DNA of 64,000 nucleotides from Spirochaetia bacterium (GTDB taxonomy: Bacteria > Spirochaetota > Spirochaetia > SZUA-6 > Bin103), in assembly GCA_965203055.1 (NCBI GenBank), contig OZ241863.1, positions 2,688,001-2,752,000 of the forward strand, given 5' to 3'. Positions within the stretch are counted from its first letter, which is position 1. Every line of letters begins with the position of its first letter. Shown here in pieces: positions 10,878-20,175 of this stretch. The notes under the pieces were generated by a model. That model ran no database searches. It worked only from the letters and a program-made list of their open reading frames with translations, and was not told the DNA's origin. The translations under genes were made by a program, and so were the position numbers.

Positions 10878-11633
10878 CGCGTCTCCTTCCGGTCCCGGTA
10901 TCTGCCGCTGCAGTTCCTTCGCAAATCGCCCCCGCAACGGTTCCCTTTGCGTCGCCAGCACGTACCACACGAACATGCTCTGCTCCCCACCCCCGCGGCG
11001 CGCCAGTTCCGCCAGCAGCGGCAGCGCCCGCTCCAACGCCGGCCATGCCACCGCCGCCCGGTATACCGCCAGCATCATCAGCTGCGCCAGCCGCCCCTTC
11101 AACTTGCCCCGCACCCCTTCCGGATCCGTCTCCGAATGGTCGATCAGCACGTGCTCGAAGCTCGGCAGCCACCGCCACCCGCGCACCTCACGCGGGAACA
11201 ACTCCGAAAACTCGGTCGCGTAGCGCCAGCGTCCGCTTCCCAGATAGAACACCATCGGCACGATCGGGCGCAACTCCGTCTCCGCAGGATAGCGCCGCCG
11301 GTCGCGGTCCCAGATCCGGCAGCAGTACTGCAACAGCCGCAGGCGCATCCAGCGGTCACGGCGCCGCACCGTGGACTGATGCTCCAGCAGCACGTACAGC
11401 CAGGCCGGCGCGCCGCCCGCGCGGCGCCGGATGGAGTACAGCAGATCAGACTCGGTGGCGCGCAGGTCCGGGGCGATGAAGGAGCTGTTCTCGGCGGCCA
11501 GGGTGGACCACTCCAGGCCGTTGGCGATGGCCGGCGGCAGATGCGCGCGCAGCAGGCCGACCGCCTCGGCGGGTTCGCCGAACACGGCGCGGAACAGGTT
11601 GTCGTGCGGCTGCGCCAAGTCGTCGTTCGCCAT
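10668..11633 (-). CDS. rpn: Rpn family recombination-promoting nuclease / YhgA-like putative transposase
   Basis: PHDNLFRAVF, ESDLLYS, YVLLEHQS, PIVPMVFYLG, C-terminal EGRQEGELKG repeats. Confidence 0.92.
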   Translation of the reverse strand: MANDDLAQPHDNLFRAVFGEPAEAVGLLRAHLPPAIANGLEWSTLAAENSSFIAPDLRATESDLLYSIRRRAGGAPAWLYVLLEHQSTVRRRDRWMRLRLLQYCCRIWDRDRRRYPAETELRPIVPMVFYLGSGRWRYATEFSELFPREVRGWRWLPSFEHVLIDHSETDPEGVRGKLKGRLAQLMMLAVYRAAVAWPALERALPLLAELARRGGGEQSMFVWYVLATQREPLRGRFAKELQRQIPGPEGDAMNYLEEIKQQGRREGRQEGELKGRLETIDGLLRAGFGWPVIRSATGIDEQTYRAFKRDSADGAEQAAPR

Positions 11634-11928
11634 GCTTCAGACCAGTTCCCCGCTGCCCGCGGGGCGCGGCCTGCGCCGTGCCCGGGGAGCAATCGCGTCC
11701 GAGACGCCGCGGCGGTGCGAGTCCCGCGGGCCGGCGCGGACGCCGGCGGTGGCCGCCGCGAGACCGGTAAACACCAAGCGGATCAGATAATCGTGGTGGG
11801 GCTGACACAGGAGCGGTATCATCTCTCTGACTGTTACTACGGCGCGGCGTCCGCGCCGCTTTTCTGTTCGGGCGAACTCGTGGAAGGAAAATCGCACGCC
11901 TGCGGCGGCAGGCAGACGGGGACTCCGG

Positions 11929-13527
11929 TCACTCGCCCCCGCCTACCTGCACCCGAAGCTGCTGGCCGGCCAGGGTCTGGCGCGCCCAGAACAGGTTCTG
12001 GCTCGCGTCGTTGCCGCCCGCCGCCAGGTTCGCGGTGCCGGTCGCGTCGGTGCCGCCACTCGGCGCCGCCGTAAAGGTCACGCTCGGGGCGGTCACGTAG
12101 CCGCTCCCCCCGTTGGTGATCCTCACCGACCGGATGACGTATTCAAAGACCGCGGTGCCGACCGCCGTGGTGCCGCCGCTCGGCGCCGCCGAAAAGGAGA
12201 CGGTGGGGGCCGAGGTGTAGCCGCTGCCGGGGTTGGTGACCGTCGCCGTCGGGACGGCGTAGGCCATCACCGCGGTGGCGGTCGCCCCGCCGCCGCCGCC
12301 GCCCGAAAAGGAGACGGTGGGCGCCGAGGTGTAGCCGCTCCCCGCGGTCCCGGCCGTCACCGAGCCGACCCCGTAGGCCATCACCGCGGTGCCGGTCGCC
12401 GCGGTGCCGGACGCCGGCGTCGAAAAGGTCACGGTGGGGGCCGAGGTGTAGCCGCTCCCCCGGTTGGTCACCGTCACCGATCCTGCCCCGTAGACCACGC
12501 TGGCGGTGGCGGTCGCCCCGCTGCCGCCGCCGCCGGAAAAGGAGACGGTGGGCGCCGAGGTGTAGTCACTCCCGCCGTTCGTGACCATCGCCGACGCTAC
12601 GCCGCTTTGCAGCACCGCGGCGCCCCTTGCCTCCCAACCAACGCCGCCCGGCGAGGCTGAAAAGGTCACGGTTGGGGTAGACGTGTAGCCGCTCCCCGGG
12701 TCGTGATCGTCACTCCATCTACCCTGGAGTTCAGCATCACCGCGGTGCCGGCCGCACCGCCGCCGCCGCCGGTAAAGGAGATGGTGGGCGCCTCCGCGTA
12801 GCCGGCGCCGGCGGTCGTGACGTTCACCGAACCGACGCCGAAGCCGCCCGCTACGGCGCCGATTGCCTGCGTCCCGCCGGCCGGCGGCGCCGACAAGGTC
12901 ACGCTGGGCGCCGAAGTGTAGCCACTGCCCCGCTCGGTAATCGTGACCGACTCGACGGTGTCCGAGGCGCCCGACTGATCCGGGGCGGTGAGCACCAGCA
13001 CGATCGCGCCCGCGCTCACTTCGGCGCCAACCGTCCACTGCGCGCCGCTGAGGTCGCCCGCGAAGGCCGGCGCGGTCGCCGTGCTCGTGAACGGCAGCTC
13101 GTTGCCGCCAATCGACACGCTCACCTTTTCGCCCTCGACGCCGGTGAGCCCGTCCCAGGCGAACGGCTCGGAGCGGATCGTCAAGGCGCTCGGGTCCGCT
13201 GCGGCGGGCAGCGGCAGCGCCGATGACCAGGCATCCTCCCCGAGGGGCCAGCTCTTCGTGGCCGGCGCCGGAGTCGGGGCTGGCGGAGTCGGGGCCGGCG
13301 TGGTCGGCGACCCGCCATTGCCGCCGGCGCCGGTACCGCCGGTTGCTGGCGGCCGGGCCGCCTGCTGGCACGCCAGCAGGGCGACGCCGGCGACTACCGC
13401 CAGCGCCGGGAGCGCGGCCTTGCAGAATCCTCCTTTGACCTTCGCCGGCGGAAGCTGCCGAGGTCGGCCCGAACTCTTCGGTCTATGGGGGGGGGGTAAG
13501 CGCTAGCTTGTTGTTGTTACCGGTCAC
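11929..13527 (-). pseudogene. GSGYT-repeat surface lipoprotein, copy 1 (8 repeats), interrupted at a poly-C tract and by a 1-nt deletion at about 12701
   Basis: GGAGG-N7-GTG start at 13527; lipobox [13 protein letters not shown] in the -1 frame; Pro/Thr linker; colinear with 41500-43494 including the [10 protein letters not shown] tail. Confidence 0.8.
13487..13496 (-). repeat. C10 homopolymer in the 5' coding region of the lipoprotein gene
   Basis: Ten consecutive G on the plus strand; C9 or C12 would restore the frame into the signal peptide. Confidence 0.85.
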
Positions 13528-13717
13528 TTGAAGTCCTCCGAAACTGAGACAGACGCCGCCAAGGCGGCCCGGCCAACGCCCGCGAGATGGCGGATCAGCG
13601 GCAAAGGCTGGATTCGACGTTCCACCAGTGGAACGCATGCGTTTCAGTATCGGCGTCGGTCGAATCGGTGTCAACGCAGGGTGCGAACGCCGCGCCCGGC
13701 CATGCTATGGTGTAGCG

Positions 13718-14596
13718 ATGAACCGCCTGCTCGCGGCGCTGCGACAGGAGCGCCCGTTGCAGATCGCCGGCGCGGTCAACGCCTACGCCGCGCTGCTGGC
13801 GCAGGACGCCGGGTTTCGCGCGCTCTACCTGTCGGGCAGCGGCGTGGCGAGCGCCTGCTTCGGCCTCCCGGACCTTGCCTTGACCACCCTCTCGGAAGTG
13901 GCCGCGGAGACGCGGCGGATCACCGCGGCGACGGAGCTGCCGCTGCTGGTCGACGCCGACACCGGCTTCGGCGACGGGCTCGGCATCGCGCGCATGGTGC
14001 GCGAGCTGACCCGCGCCGGCGCCGCCGGGGTGCACCTGGAGGATCAGGCGGCGGCCAAGCGCTGCGGCCACCGCCCGGGCAAGGAGCTGGTGAGCGGCGC
14101 CGAGATGGAGGAGCGCATCGCCGCCGCGGCCGCGGCGCGCGGCGGCGGCGGCCTGCTGCTCATGGCGCGCACCGACGCGCTGGCGGTGGAGGGGCTGGAG
14201 GGCGCCGTGGAACGCGCCCGCGCCTACGCCGCGGCGGGAGCCGACGCGATCTTCTTCGAGGCGGCGCGCGAGCTGCGCGACTACGCCCGGGTCGCCGCCG
14301 CGGTAGGGGTGCCGGTGCTGGCCAACATGACCGAGTTCGGGGTGAGCCCGCTGTTCACCCTGGCCCAGTTGCGCGACCATGGCGTGGCGATGGTGCTGTA
14401 TCCGCTCACCGCGTTCCGCGCCATGAGCCAGGCCGCGCAGCGGGTGTATCGGGCGCTGCGGGCGGACGGCGGGCAGCATTCTGTGCTGGACGAGCTGCAG
14501 CCGCGGAGGGAGATGTATCGGGTGCTGAACTACGAGGCGTACGAACGCCGGATGGACGCGCTGCTGCGGCGCCGTCGAGCGGGGGGCGCGCGATGA
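13718..14596 (+). CDS. prpB: 2-methylisocitrate lyase
   Basis: LYLSGSG, LLVDADTGFG, HLEDQ..AKRCGHRPGK, LANMTEFG. Confidence 0.93.
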   Translation: MNRLLAALRQERPLQIAGAVNAYAALLAQDAGFRALYLSGSGVASACFGLPDLALTTLSEVAAETRRITAATELPLLVDADTGFGDGLGIARMVRELTRAGAAGVHLEDQAAAKRCGHRPGKELVSGAEMEERIAAAAAARGGGGLLLMARTDALAVEGLEGAVERARAYAAAGADAIFFEAARELRDYARVAAAVGVPVLANMTEFGVSPLFTLAQLRDHGVAMVLYPLTAFRAMSQAAQRVYRALRADGGQHSVLDELQPRREMYRVLNYEAYERRMDALLRRRRAGGAR

Positions 14597-15726
14597 GCGG
14601 GAGTAGCGCCGGGCTGGCGGGGGTGACCGCCGGCGAGACCGCGGTCAGCACGGTGGGCAAGAGCGGCGCCGGGCTGACCTACCGCGGCTACGCGATCGAA
14701 GATCTGGCTTCCCGCGCCGGCTACGAGGAGTGCGCCTACCTGCTGATCCACGGCGCGCTGCCGGCGCCGGAAGAGCTGGCGGCGTACCGGCGGCGGCTGG
14801 CCGCGGGGCGGGTGCCGAGCGCCGCAACGCGCGCCATGCTGGAACTGCTGCCCGCCGCCTGCGATCCGATGGACGCGCTGCGCAGCGCCTGTTCCTTCAT
14901 CGGCGCCGAGGCCGCCGCGGCCGGCGCGCGGCCCGCCGCCGGGAACGAGGTCCGGGCGCAGGCCGACGCGCTGCTCGCCGCGCTGCCGGGGGCGCTGCTC
15001 TACCAGCAGGCCTTCGCGCAGCGGCGCGAGCGGCTGGACACCGACACCGGAGAGGGCTCCCTGGCCGCGCACTGCCTGCGCCTGCTGCGCGGCGCCGGCG
15101 CCGCCGGCAGCGAGCAGGTTGCGGCCCTGGATGCGGCTCTGATCCTGTACGCCGAGCACGAGTTCAACGCCTCGACCTTCGCCGCGCGCATCGTGGCGTC
15201 CACGCGCAGCGACTTCCACTCGGCGATGACCGCCGGCATCGGCGCGCTGCGCGGACCGCTGCACGGCGGCGCCAATGAGGCGGCGATGGCGCTGATCGCC
15301 CGCTGCCGCACTCCGGACGAGGCGGAACGGGAGGTGCTGCGGATGCTGGCGCGGCGCGAGCTGGTGATGGGCTTCGGCCACCGCGTCTACCGCGCCGGCG
15401 ATCCGCGCAGTCCGATAGCGCAGCGCTGGGCGCAGCGGCTGATCTCGAATGCGGCGCAGGAGCGGCACTACGCGGTGGCGCAGCGCATCGAGGCGGTGAT
15501 GCGGCGGGAGAAGGGGCTGTTTCCGAATCTCGACTTCTACAGCGCCCTGCTGTTCCACAACTGCGGCATCCCGACCGCGCTGTTCACGCCGCTGTTCGCG
15601 CTCAGCCGGGTGGCCGGTTGGGCCGCCCACTTCATCGAACAGCGCGAACGCAACCGCCTGATCCGCCCCACCGCGCGCTATACCGGACCGCCGCCGCGGC
15701 GGCTGCCGGACGCCGCCGGAGCATGA
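14593..15726 (+). CDS. prpC: 2-methylcitrate synthase
   Basis: GLAGVTAGET, LTYRGY, YAEHEFNASTF, GPLHGGANE, MGFGHRVY, FPNLDFYSA; lies between prpB and prpD. Confidence 0.92.
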   Translation: MSGSSAGLAGVTAGETAVSTVGKSGAGLTYRGYAIEDLASRAGYEECAYLLIHGALPAPEELAAYRRRLAAGRVPSAATRAMLELLPAACDPMDALRSACSFIGAEAAAAGARPAAGNEVRAQADALLAALPGALLYQQAFAQRRERLDTDTGEGSLAAHCLRLLRGAGAAGSEQVAALDAALILYAEHEFNASTFAARIVASTRSDFHSAMTAGIGALRGPLHGGANEAAMALIARCRTPDEAEREVLRMLARRELVMGFGHRVYRAGDPRSPIAQRWAQRLISNAAQERHYAVAQRIEAVMRREKGLFPNLDFYSALLFHNCGIPTALFTPLFALSRVAGWAAHFIEQRERNRLIRPTARYTGPPPRRLPDAAGA

Positions 15727-17216
15727 CGGCGCCGGCCGCGCCCGATCCGGTCCTGGCGCGGATCGCCGACTACGTGACCGCGCCGCCGGCGTTCGGCGAC
15801 CGGGCATACGACGCCGCCCGCCTCAGTCTGCTCGATTCGCTGGGCTGCGCGGTGCGCGCGCTCGAGGCGCCCGAGTGCCGCCGCCTCCTCGGCTCGCCGG
15901 GCGGCCGCTTCGGGCCGTCCGGAGCGGCGCGGGTGCCCGGCACCCGGCTGCAGCTCGATCCCGTCAGCGCGGCGTTCGACATCGGCGCCATGATCCGCTG
16001 GCTGGACTTCAACGACACCTGGCTGGCGGCCGAGTGGGGGCACCCGTCCGACAACCTGGGCGCGCTGCTGGCGCTGGCCGACGCCCGCTGCCGGGCCGCT
16101 CCCGGCGCCGCGGCGGGCGGCCCGGCGGCCGGCGCCCCCGCCGGCGCGCTGACGGTGCGCGACCTGCTGCGCGCCCAGATCCAGGCCTACGAGATCCAGG
16201 GCGTGCTGGCCCTGGAAAACAGCTTCAACCGGCTGGGGCTGGATCACGTGCTGCTGGTGCGGGTGGCGAGCGCCGCGGTCGCCGCCCGCATGCTGGGCGG
16301 CGATGCCGGGCGCGTGCTGGCGGCGCTGGCGCACGCGTTCCTCGACGGCGGGGCGCTGCGCGCCTACCGCCACGGCGCCACCGCCGGGCCGCGCAAGTCG
16401 TGGGCCGCCGGCGACGCCGCCAGCCGCGGGCTGTGGCTGGCCTGCCTGGCGCTGCGCGGCGAGCCGGGCTGCCCGACCGCCCTGAGCGCGCCGCGCTGGG
16501 GCTTCGAGGACGTGGTGCTGCGCGGCGGCGAGCTGCGGCTGGCGCGGCCGCTGGGCAGCTACGTGGCGGAGAACGTCCTGTTCAAGGTGGCCTTCCCGGC
16601 CGAGTTCCACGGCCAGACCGCGGTCGAGGCGGCCTTGGCGCTGCATCCGCAGGTACGCGGGCGGCTCGACGAGGTGGCCGAGGTGGCGATCGCCACGCAG
16701 GAATCGGCAATGCGGATCATCGATCAGCGGGGTCCGCTCACCTCCCCCGCGGCGCGCGATCACTGCCTGCAGTACATGGTCGCCGCGGCCCTGCTGCACG
16801 GCGAGCTGCGCGCCGAGCACTACCGGGACGCCGCCGCCGCCGACCCCCGCCTCGAGCGCCTGCGGCGCTGCGCCGCGGTGCGCGAGGAACCGCGCTACAC
16901 CCGCGAGTACCTGGACCCGGCCAAGCGCGCCATCGCCAACCGCGTGCAGGTGCGCTTCCGCGACCGCTCGGCCACGCCGGCCGTGGAGGTGACCTATCCG
17001 CTGGGCCATCCGCGCCGCCGCGGCGAGGCGCTGCCGCGCTTGCGCCGCAAGTTCGCGGCCGGCGTCAGCGCGCGGTTCAGCCCGGCGGGCGCCGCGGCAA
17101 TCGCGCGCCTGTGGGACGAACCGGAGCGCACCGACCGGCTGCGCGTCGATCAGCTCGTCGACTGCTTCACCCGCGAGCTGACCGCCGCCGGCGGCGGCGC
17201 GGAGGGTTGCATCTGA
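15723..17216 (+). CDS. prpD: 2-methylcitrate dehydratase
   Basis: IRWLDFNDTWLAAEWGHPSDNLG, RKSWAAGDA, FKVAFPAEFHGQTA, YPLGHPRRR. Confidence 0.95.
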   Translation: MTAPAAPDPVLARIADYVTAPPAFGDRAYDAARLSLLDSLGCAVRALEAPECRRLLGSPGGRFGPSGAARVPGTRLQLDPVSAAFDIGAMIRWLDFNDTWLAAEWGHPSDNLGALLALADARCRAAPGAAAGGPAAGAPAGALTVRDLLRAQIQAYEIQGVLALENSFNRLGLDHVLLVRVASAAVAARMLGGDAGRVLAALAHAFLDGGALRAYRHGATAGPRKSWAAGDAASRGLWLACLALRGEPGCPTALSAPRWGFEDVVLRGGELRLARPLGSYVAENVLFKVAFPAEFHGQTAVEAALALHPQVRGRLDEVAEVAIATQESAMRIIDQRGPLTSPAARDHCLQYMVAAALLHGELRAEHYRDAAAADPRLERLRRCAAVREEPRYTREYLDPAKRAIANRVQVRFRDRSATPAVEVTYPLGHPRRRGEALPRLRRKFAAGVSARFSPAGAAAIARLWDEPERTDRLRVDQLVDCFTRELTAAGGGAEGCI

Positions 17217-17242
17217 GGCCGGGAACGGCGCAGGATCGCGCC

Positions 17243-18091
17243 ATGGCCTACCCGTTCAAGAAGGGCATGATGTATCTGATGCCCACCCACTTCGGCCCCA
17301 TGGCGGGGCCGCGCCAGGGCGCGGACGGCGAACGCTTCGCGTGCCGGGACAATCCCCGCTCGACCAGCTACTCGGTGAGCTTCCTGACCAACGCCGAACA
17401 GCTCGAAGCGCTGCTGCCGGAGGGCTTCGCGCTGCACGGCGAGCCGGTGGTGACCGTCGATCAGACCCACATGAAGGAAATCGAGTGGCTCGCCGGGCGC
17501 GGCTACAACGTCATGGGGGTCACCTTCCCGGTCAGCTACACCGGGACCCGCGACCGCGCGGTCGGTCCGTTCCTTACGGTGCTGTGGGAGAACCTCACCG
17601 ATCCGATCCTGACCGGGCGCGAACAGCTTGGCTTTGCCAAGATCTACTGCGAGCTGCCGGACCCGGCCGTGTGCCGGGGCGAGACCCACGTCACCGCGAG
17701 CTGGCTCGGCTACCGCTTCCTGGACATGAAGCTGCGCGGCATGCAGCCGGTGGCGGCGGCCGACTACCCGACCGCCGCGGCGCCGCCCGCCGGCGGCGCG
17801 CTCACCGGGCAGCTCCATTACAAGTACATTCCCCGCACCGGCGGCGACTGGGATCAGGCCGACGCCGCCTACGCCACCCTTACCCCCGCGGCCGGAGCGC
17901 ACCGCCGCATCACCGCCATGTGGCGCGGCGAGGGGAGCGTGCAGTTCCACCGCGCCCGCTGGGAGGACATGCCGACCCAGTTCATGATCGTCAACGCGCT
18001 GCAGCAGTTGGAGGTCAAGGAATACCGGGGGGCCGCCATTACCCAGGCAGTCGGCGGCAAGGACCTGAGCGACCAGCGCAAGCTGGAATGA
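17243..18091 (+). CDS. Acetoacetate decarboxylase family protein
   Basis: LEALLPEGF..GEPVVTV, WLAGRGYN, VLWENLTDPILTGREQLGFAKIY (conserved Lys). Confidence 0.8.
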   Translation: MAYPFKKGMMYLMPTHFGPMAGPRQGADGERFACRDNPRSTSYSVSFLTNAEQLEALLPEGFALHGEPVVTVDQTHMKEIEWLAGRGYNVMGVTFPVSYTGTRDRAVGPFLTVLWENLTDPILTGREQLGFAKIYCELPDPAVCRGETHVTASWLGYRFLDMKLRGMQPVAAADYPTAAAPPAGGALTGQLHYKYIPRTGGDWDQADAAYATLTPAAGAHRRITAMWRGEGSVQFHRARWEDMPTQFMIVNALQQLEVKEYRGAAITQAVGGKDLSDQRKLE

Positions 18092-20175
18092 CGCCCGCGC
18101 CCGTGGAGCGGCCGCTTGCCCTCGAAGACCTGCTCGCCGCCGGCGCGGAGCGAGCGCAGGCGCATGCCATCCGGGAGCGGGTGAACCGCCTGCCCGCCGC
18201 GGCGGAAACCGGCGCCGGCGGCCAGGCGGCCGCGCAATGCTGCTGGCACGAGCTGGCGCGCACGGTGCTGACGCCCGCCACGCCGTTCGCCGTGCACAAG
18301 CTGCTCTACGAGCGCATCTACCGGCAGCGCGATCCGGCGCCGGCCTGGATTCCCACCGCCGAGGAGATCCGCGCCAGCAACCTGCATGCGCTGATGCGGG
18401 AGCGGGGGTGCGCCACCTATGAGGAGCTGTTCGCCTGGTCGGTGACGCGGCGCATGGAGTTCTGGGGCCACCTCGCGCGGCGGTTGCGCATCCGCTTCGC
18501 CCGTCCCTGGCTCGCCGTCGCCGACCTGTCCGACCTGCGCGCGCCGCGCTGGTTTCCCGGCGCCCGGCTGAACATCGCGGAAAGCTGCTTCAACGCGCCC
18601 GCCGAGGCGGTGGCAATCGTGCACCAGGCGGAGGAGGGCGCCCCGGCCGCGGTCAGCTACGGCGAGCTGCGCGCGTTGGCCAACCGGGTAGCCAACGGAC
18701 TGTATGCGGCCGGATACCAACCCGGCGACCGCATCGCCCTGGACCTGCCAATGACGGCGCAAGCGGTCGCCATCTATCTCGGCATCGTGCTCGCGGGGTG
18801 CACCGCGGTGGGCATCGCCGACAGCTTCGCCGCCGCGGAGATCGGCGTGCGGCTGCGGATTACCGGCGCCAGGGCGATCTTCACCCAGGACGAGATGCGG
18901 CGCGGCGGCAAGGTGCTGCCCCTGTACGCCAAGGTGCTGCAGGCGGAGGCGCCGCCCGCCATCGTGCTCGCGCGCGGCAGCGCGCCGGCCGCGGTCAGCC
19001 GCCGCGGCGACCTGAGCTGGGAGGAATTTCTCAGCGGCGACGCCGACTTCGGCCCGCGGCCGTGCGACCCGGAGGCGGCCACCAACATCCTGTTCTCGTC
19101 CGGCACTACCGGCGAACCGAAGGCGATCCCGTGGACCCACGCCACGCCGCTGAAGTGCGCCGCCGACGGCTGGCTGCATCAGGACATCCGGGCGGGCGAC
19201 GTCGCGGCGTGGCCCACCAGCCTGGGCTGGATGATGGGGCCGTGGCTGATCTACGCCAGTCTCATCAACCGCGCCGCCATGGCGCTGTTCGACGGCGCGC
19301 CCACCGGGCGCGAGTTCGGGGAGTTCGTGCAGCGCGCCGGCGTCACCATGCTGGGGGTGGTGCCCAGTCTGGTGCGGGAGTGGCGCCGCTCCGGCTGCAT
19401 GGAGGGACTGGACTGGCGCGCGATCCGCGCCTTCAGTTCCACCGGCGAGCCTTCCAACGGCGACGATTACCTCTATCTGATGGCCCTGGCAGGCTACCGC
19501 CCGGTGATCGAGTACTGCGGCGGCACCGAGATCGGCGGCGCCTACGTCACCGGAACCGTGGTGCAACCCTCCGCTCCCACCGCCTGCACCACGCCGGCGC
19601 TGGGAATCGACTTCCTGCTCCTCGACGCCGCCGGCCAACCGGCCGCCAACGGCGAGGTGTTCCTGCGGCCGCCCTCCGTCGGCTTGTCCAATACCCTGCT
19701 CAACCAGGATCATCACGCGGTGTACTTCGACGCCGCGCCGGCGCCGGCCGGCACCAGCGCGCCGTTGCGCCGCCACGGCGACCAGCTCGAACGGCTCGCC
19801 GGCGGCGGCTACCGGATCCATGGACGGGTGGACGACACCATGAACCTGGGCGGCATCAAGGTCAGCTCGGCGGAGATCGAGCGCGTGCTCAACAAGGTGC
19901 CGGGCGTCAAGGAGACCGCCGCGGTGGCGGTGCCGCCGGCGGCCGGCGGTCCCGGCCGGCTGGTGATCTACGCCGTGCCGTACCCCGGCGCCGAGCTGCC
20001 GGCGGGCGAGCTGCGCGCGCGCCTGCAGCGCGCCCTCCGCGAGCAGCTCAATCCGCTGTTCCGCATCCACGAGGCGGTGCCGGTGACGGCCCTGCCGCGC
20101 ACCGCATCCAACAAGACCCTGCGGCGGGTGCTGCGCGCCGGCTATCGGGCGGCCGCCGCCGAGCGCCGGCCATGA
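18088..20175 (+). CDS. AMP-forming acyl-CoA synthetase (acetate/acetoacetate-CoA ligase-like)
   Basis: ILFSSGTTGEPKAI, WPTSLGWMM, EYCGGTEIGG, GRVDDTMNLGG, LPRTASNK. Confidence 0.9.
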   Translation: MTPAPVERPLALEDLLAAGAERAQAHAIRERVNRLPAAAETGAGGQAAAQCCWHELARTVLTPATPFAVHKLLYERIYRQRDPAPAWIPTAEEIRASNLHALMRERGCATYEELFAWSVTRRMEFWGHLARRLRIRFARPWLAVADLSDLRAPRWFPGARLNIAESCFNAPAEAVAIVHQAEEGAPAAVSYGELRALANRVANGLYAAGYQPGDRIALDLPMTAQAVAIYLGIVLAGCTAVGIADSFAAAEIGVRLRITGARAIFTQDEMRRGGKVLPLYAKVLQAEAPPAIVLARGSAPAAVSRRGDLSWEEFLSGDADFGPRPCDPEAATNILFSSGTTGEPKAIPWTHATPLKCAADGWLHQDIRAGDVAAWPTSLGWMMGPWLIYASLINRAAMALFDGAPTGREFGEFVQRAGVTMLGVVPSLVREWRRSGCMEGLDWRAIRAFSSTGEPSNGDDYLYLMALAGYRPVIEYCGGTEIGGAYVTGTVVQPSAPTACTTPALGIDFLLLDAAGQPAANGEVFLRPPSVGLSNTLLNQDHHAVYFDAAPAPAGTSAPLRRHGDQLERLAGGGYRIHGRVDDTMNLGGIKVSSAEIERVLNKVPGVKETAAVAVPPAAGGPGRLVIYAVPYPGAELPAGELRARLQRALREQLNPLFRIHEAVPVTALPRTASNKTLRRVLRAGYRAAAAERRP

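Noticed and set aside
10668..11633. rpn as an IS element
   Set aside because: No terminal inverted repeats or target duplication seen; the family is not shown to be a true transposase.
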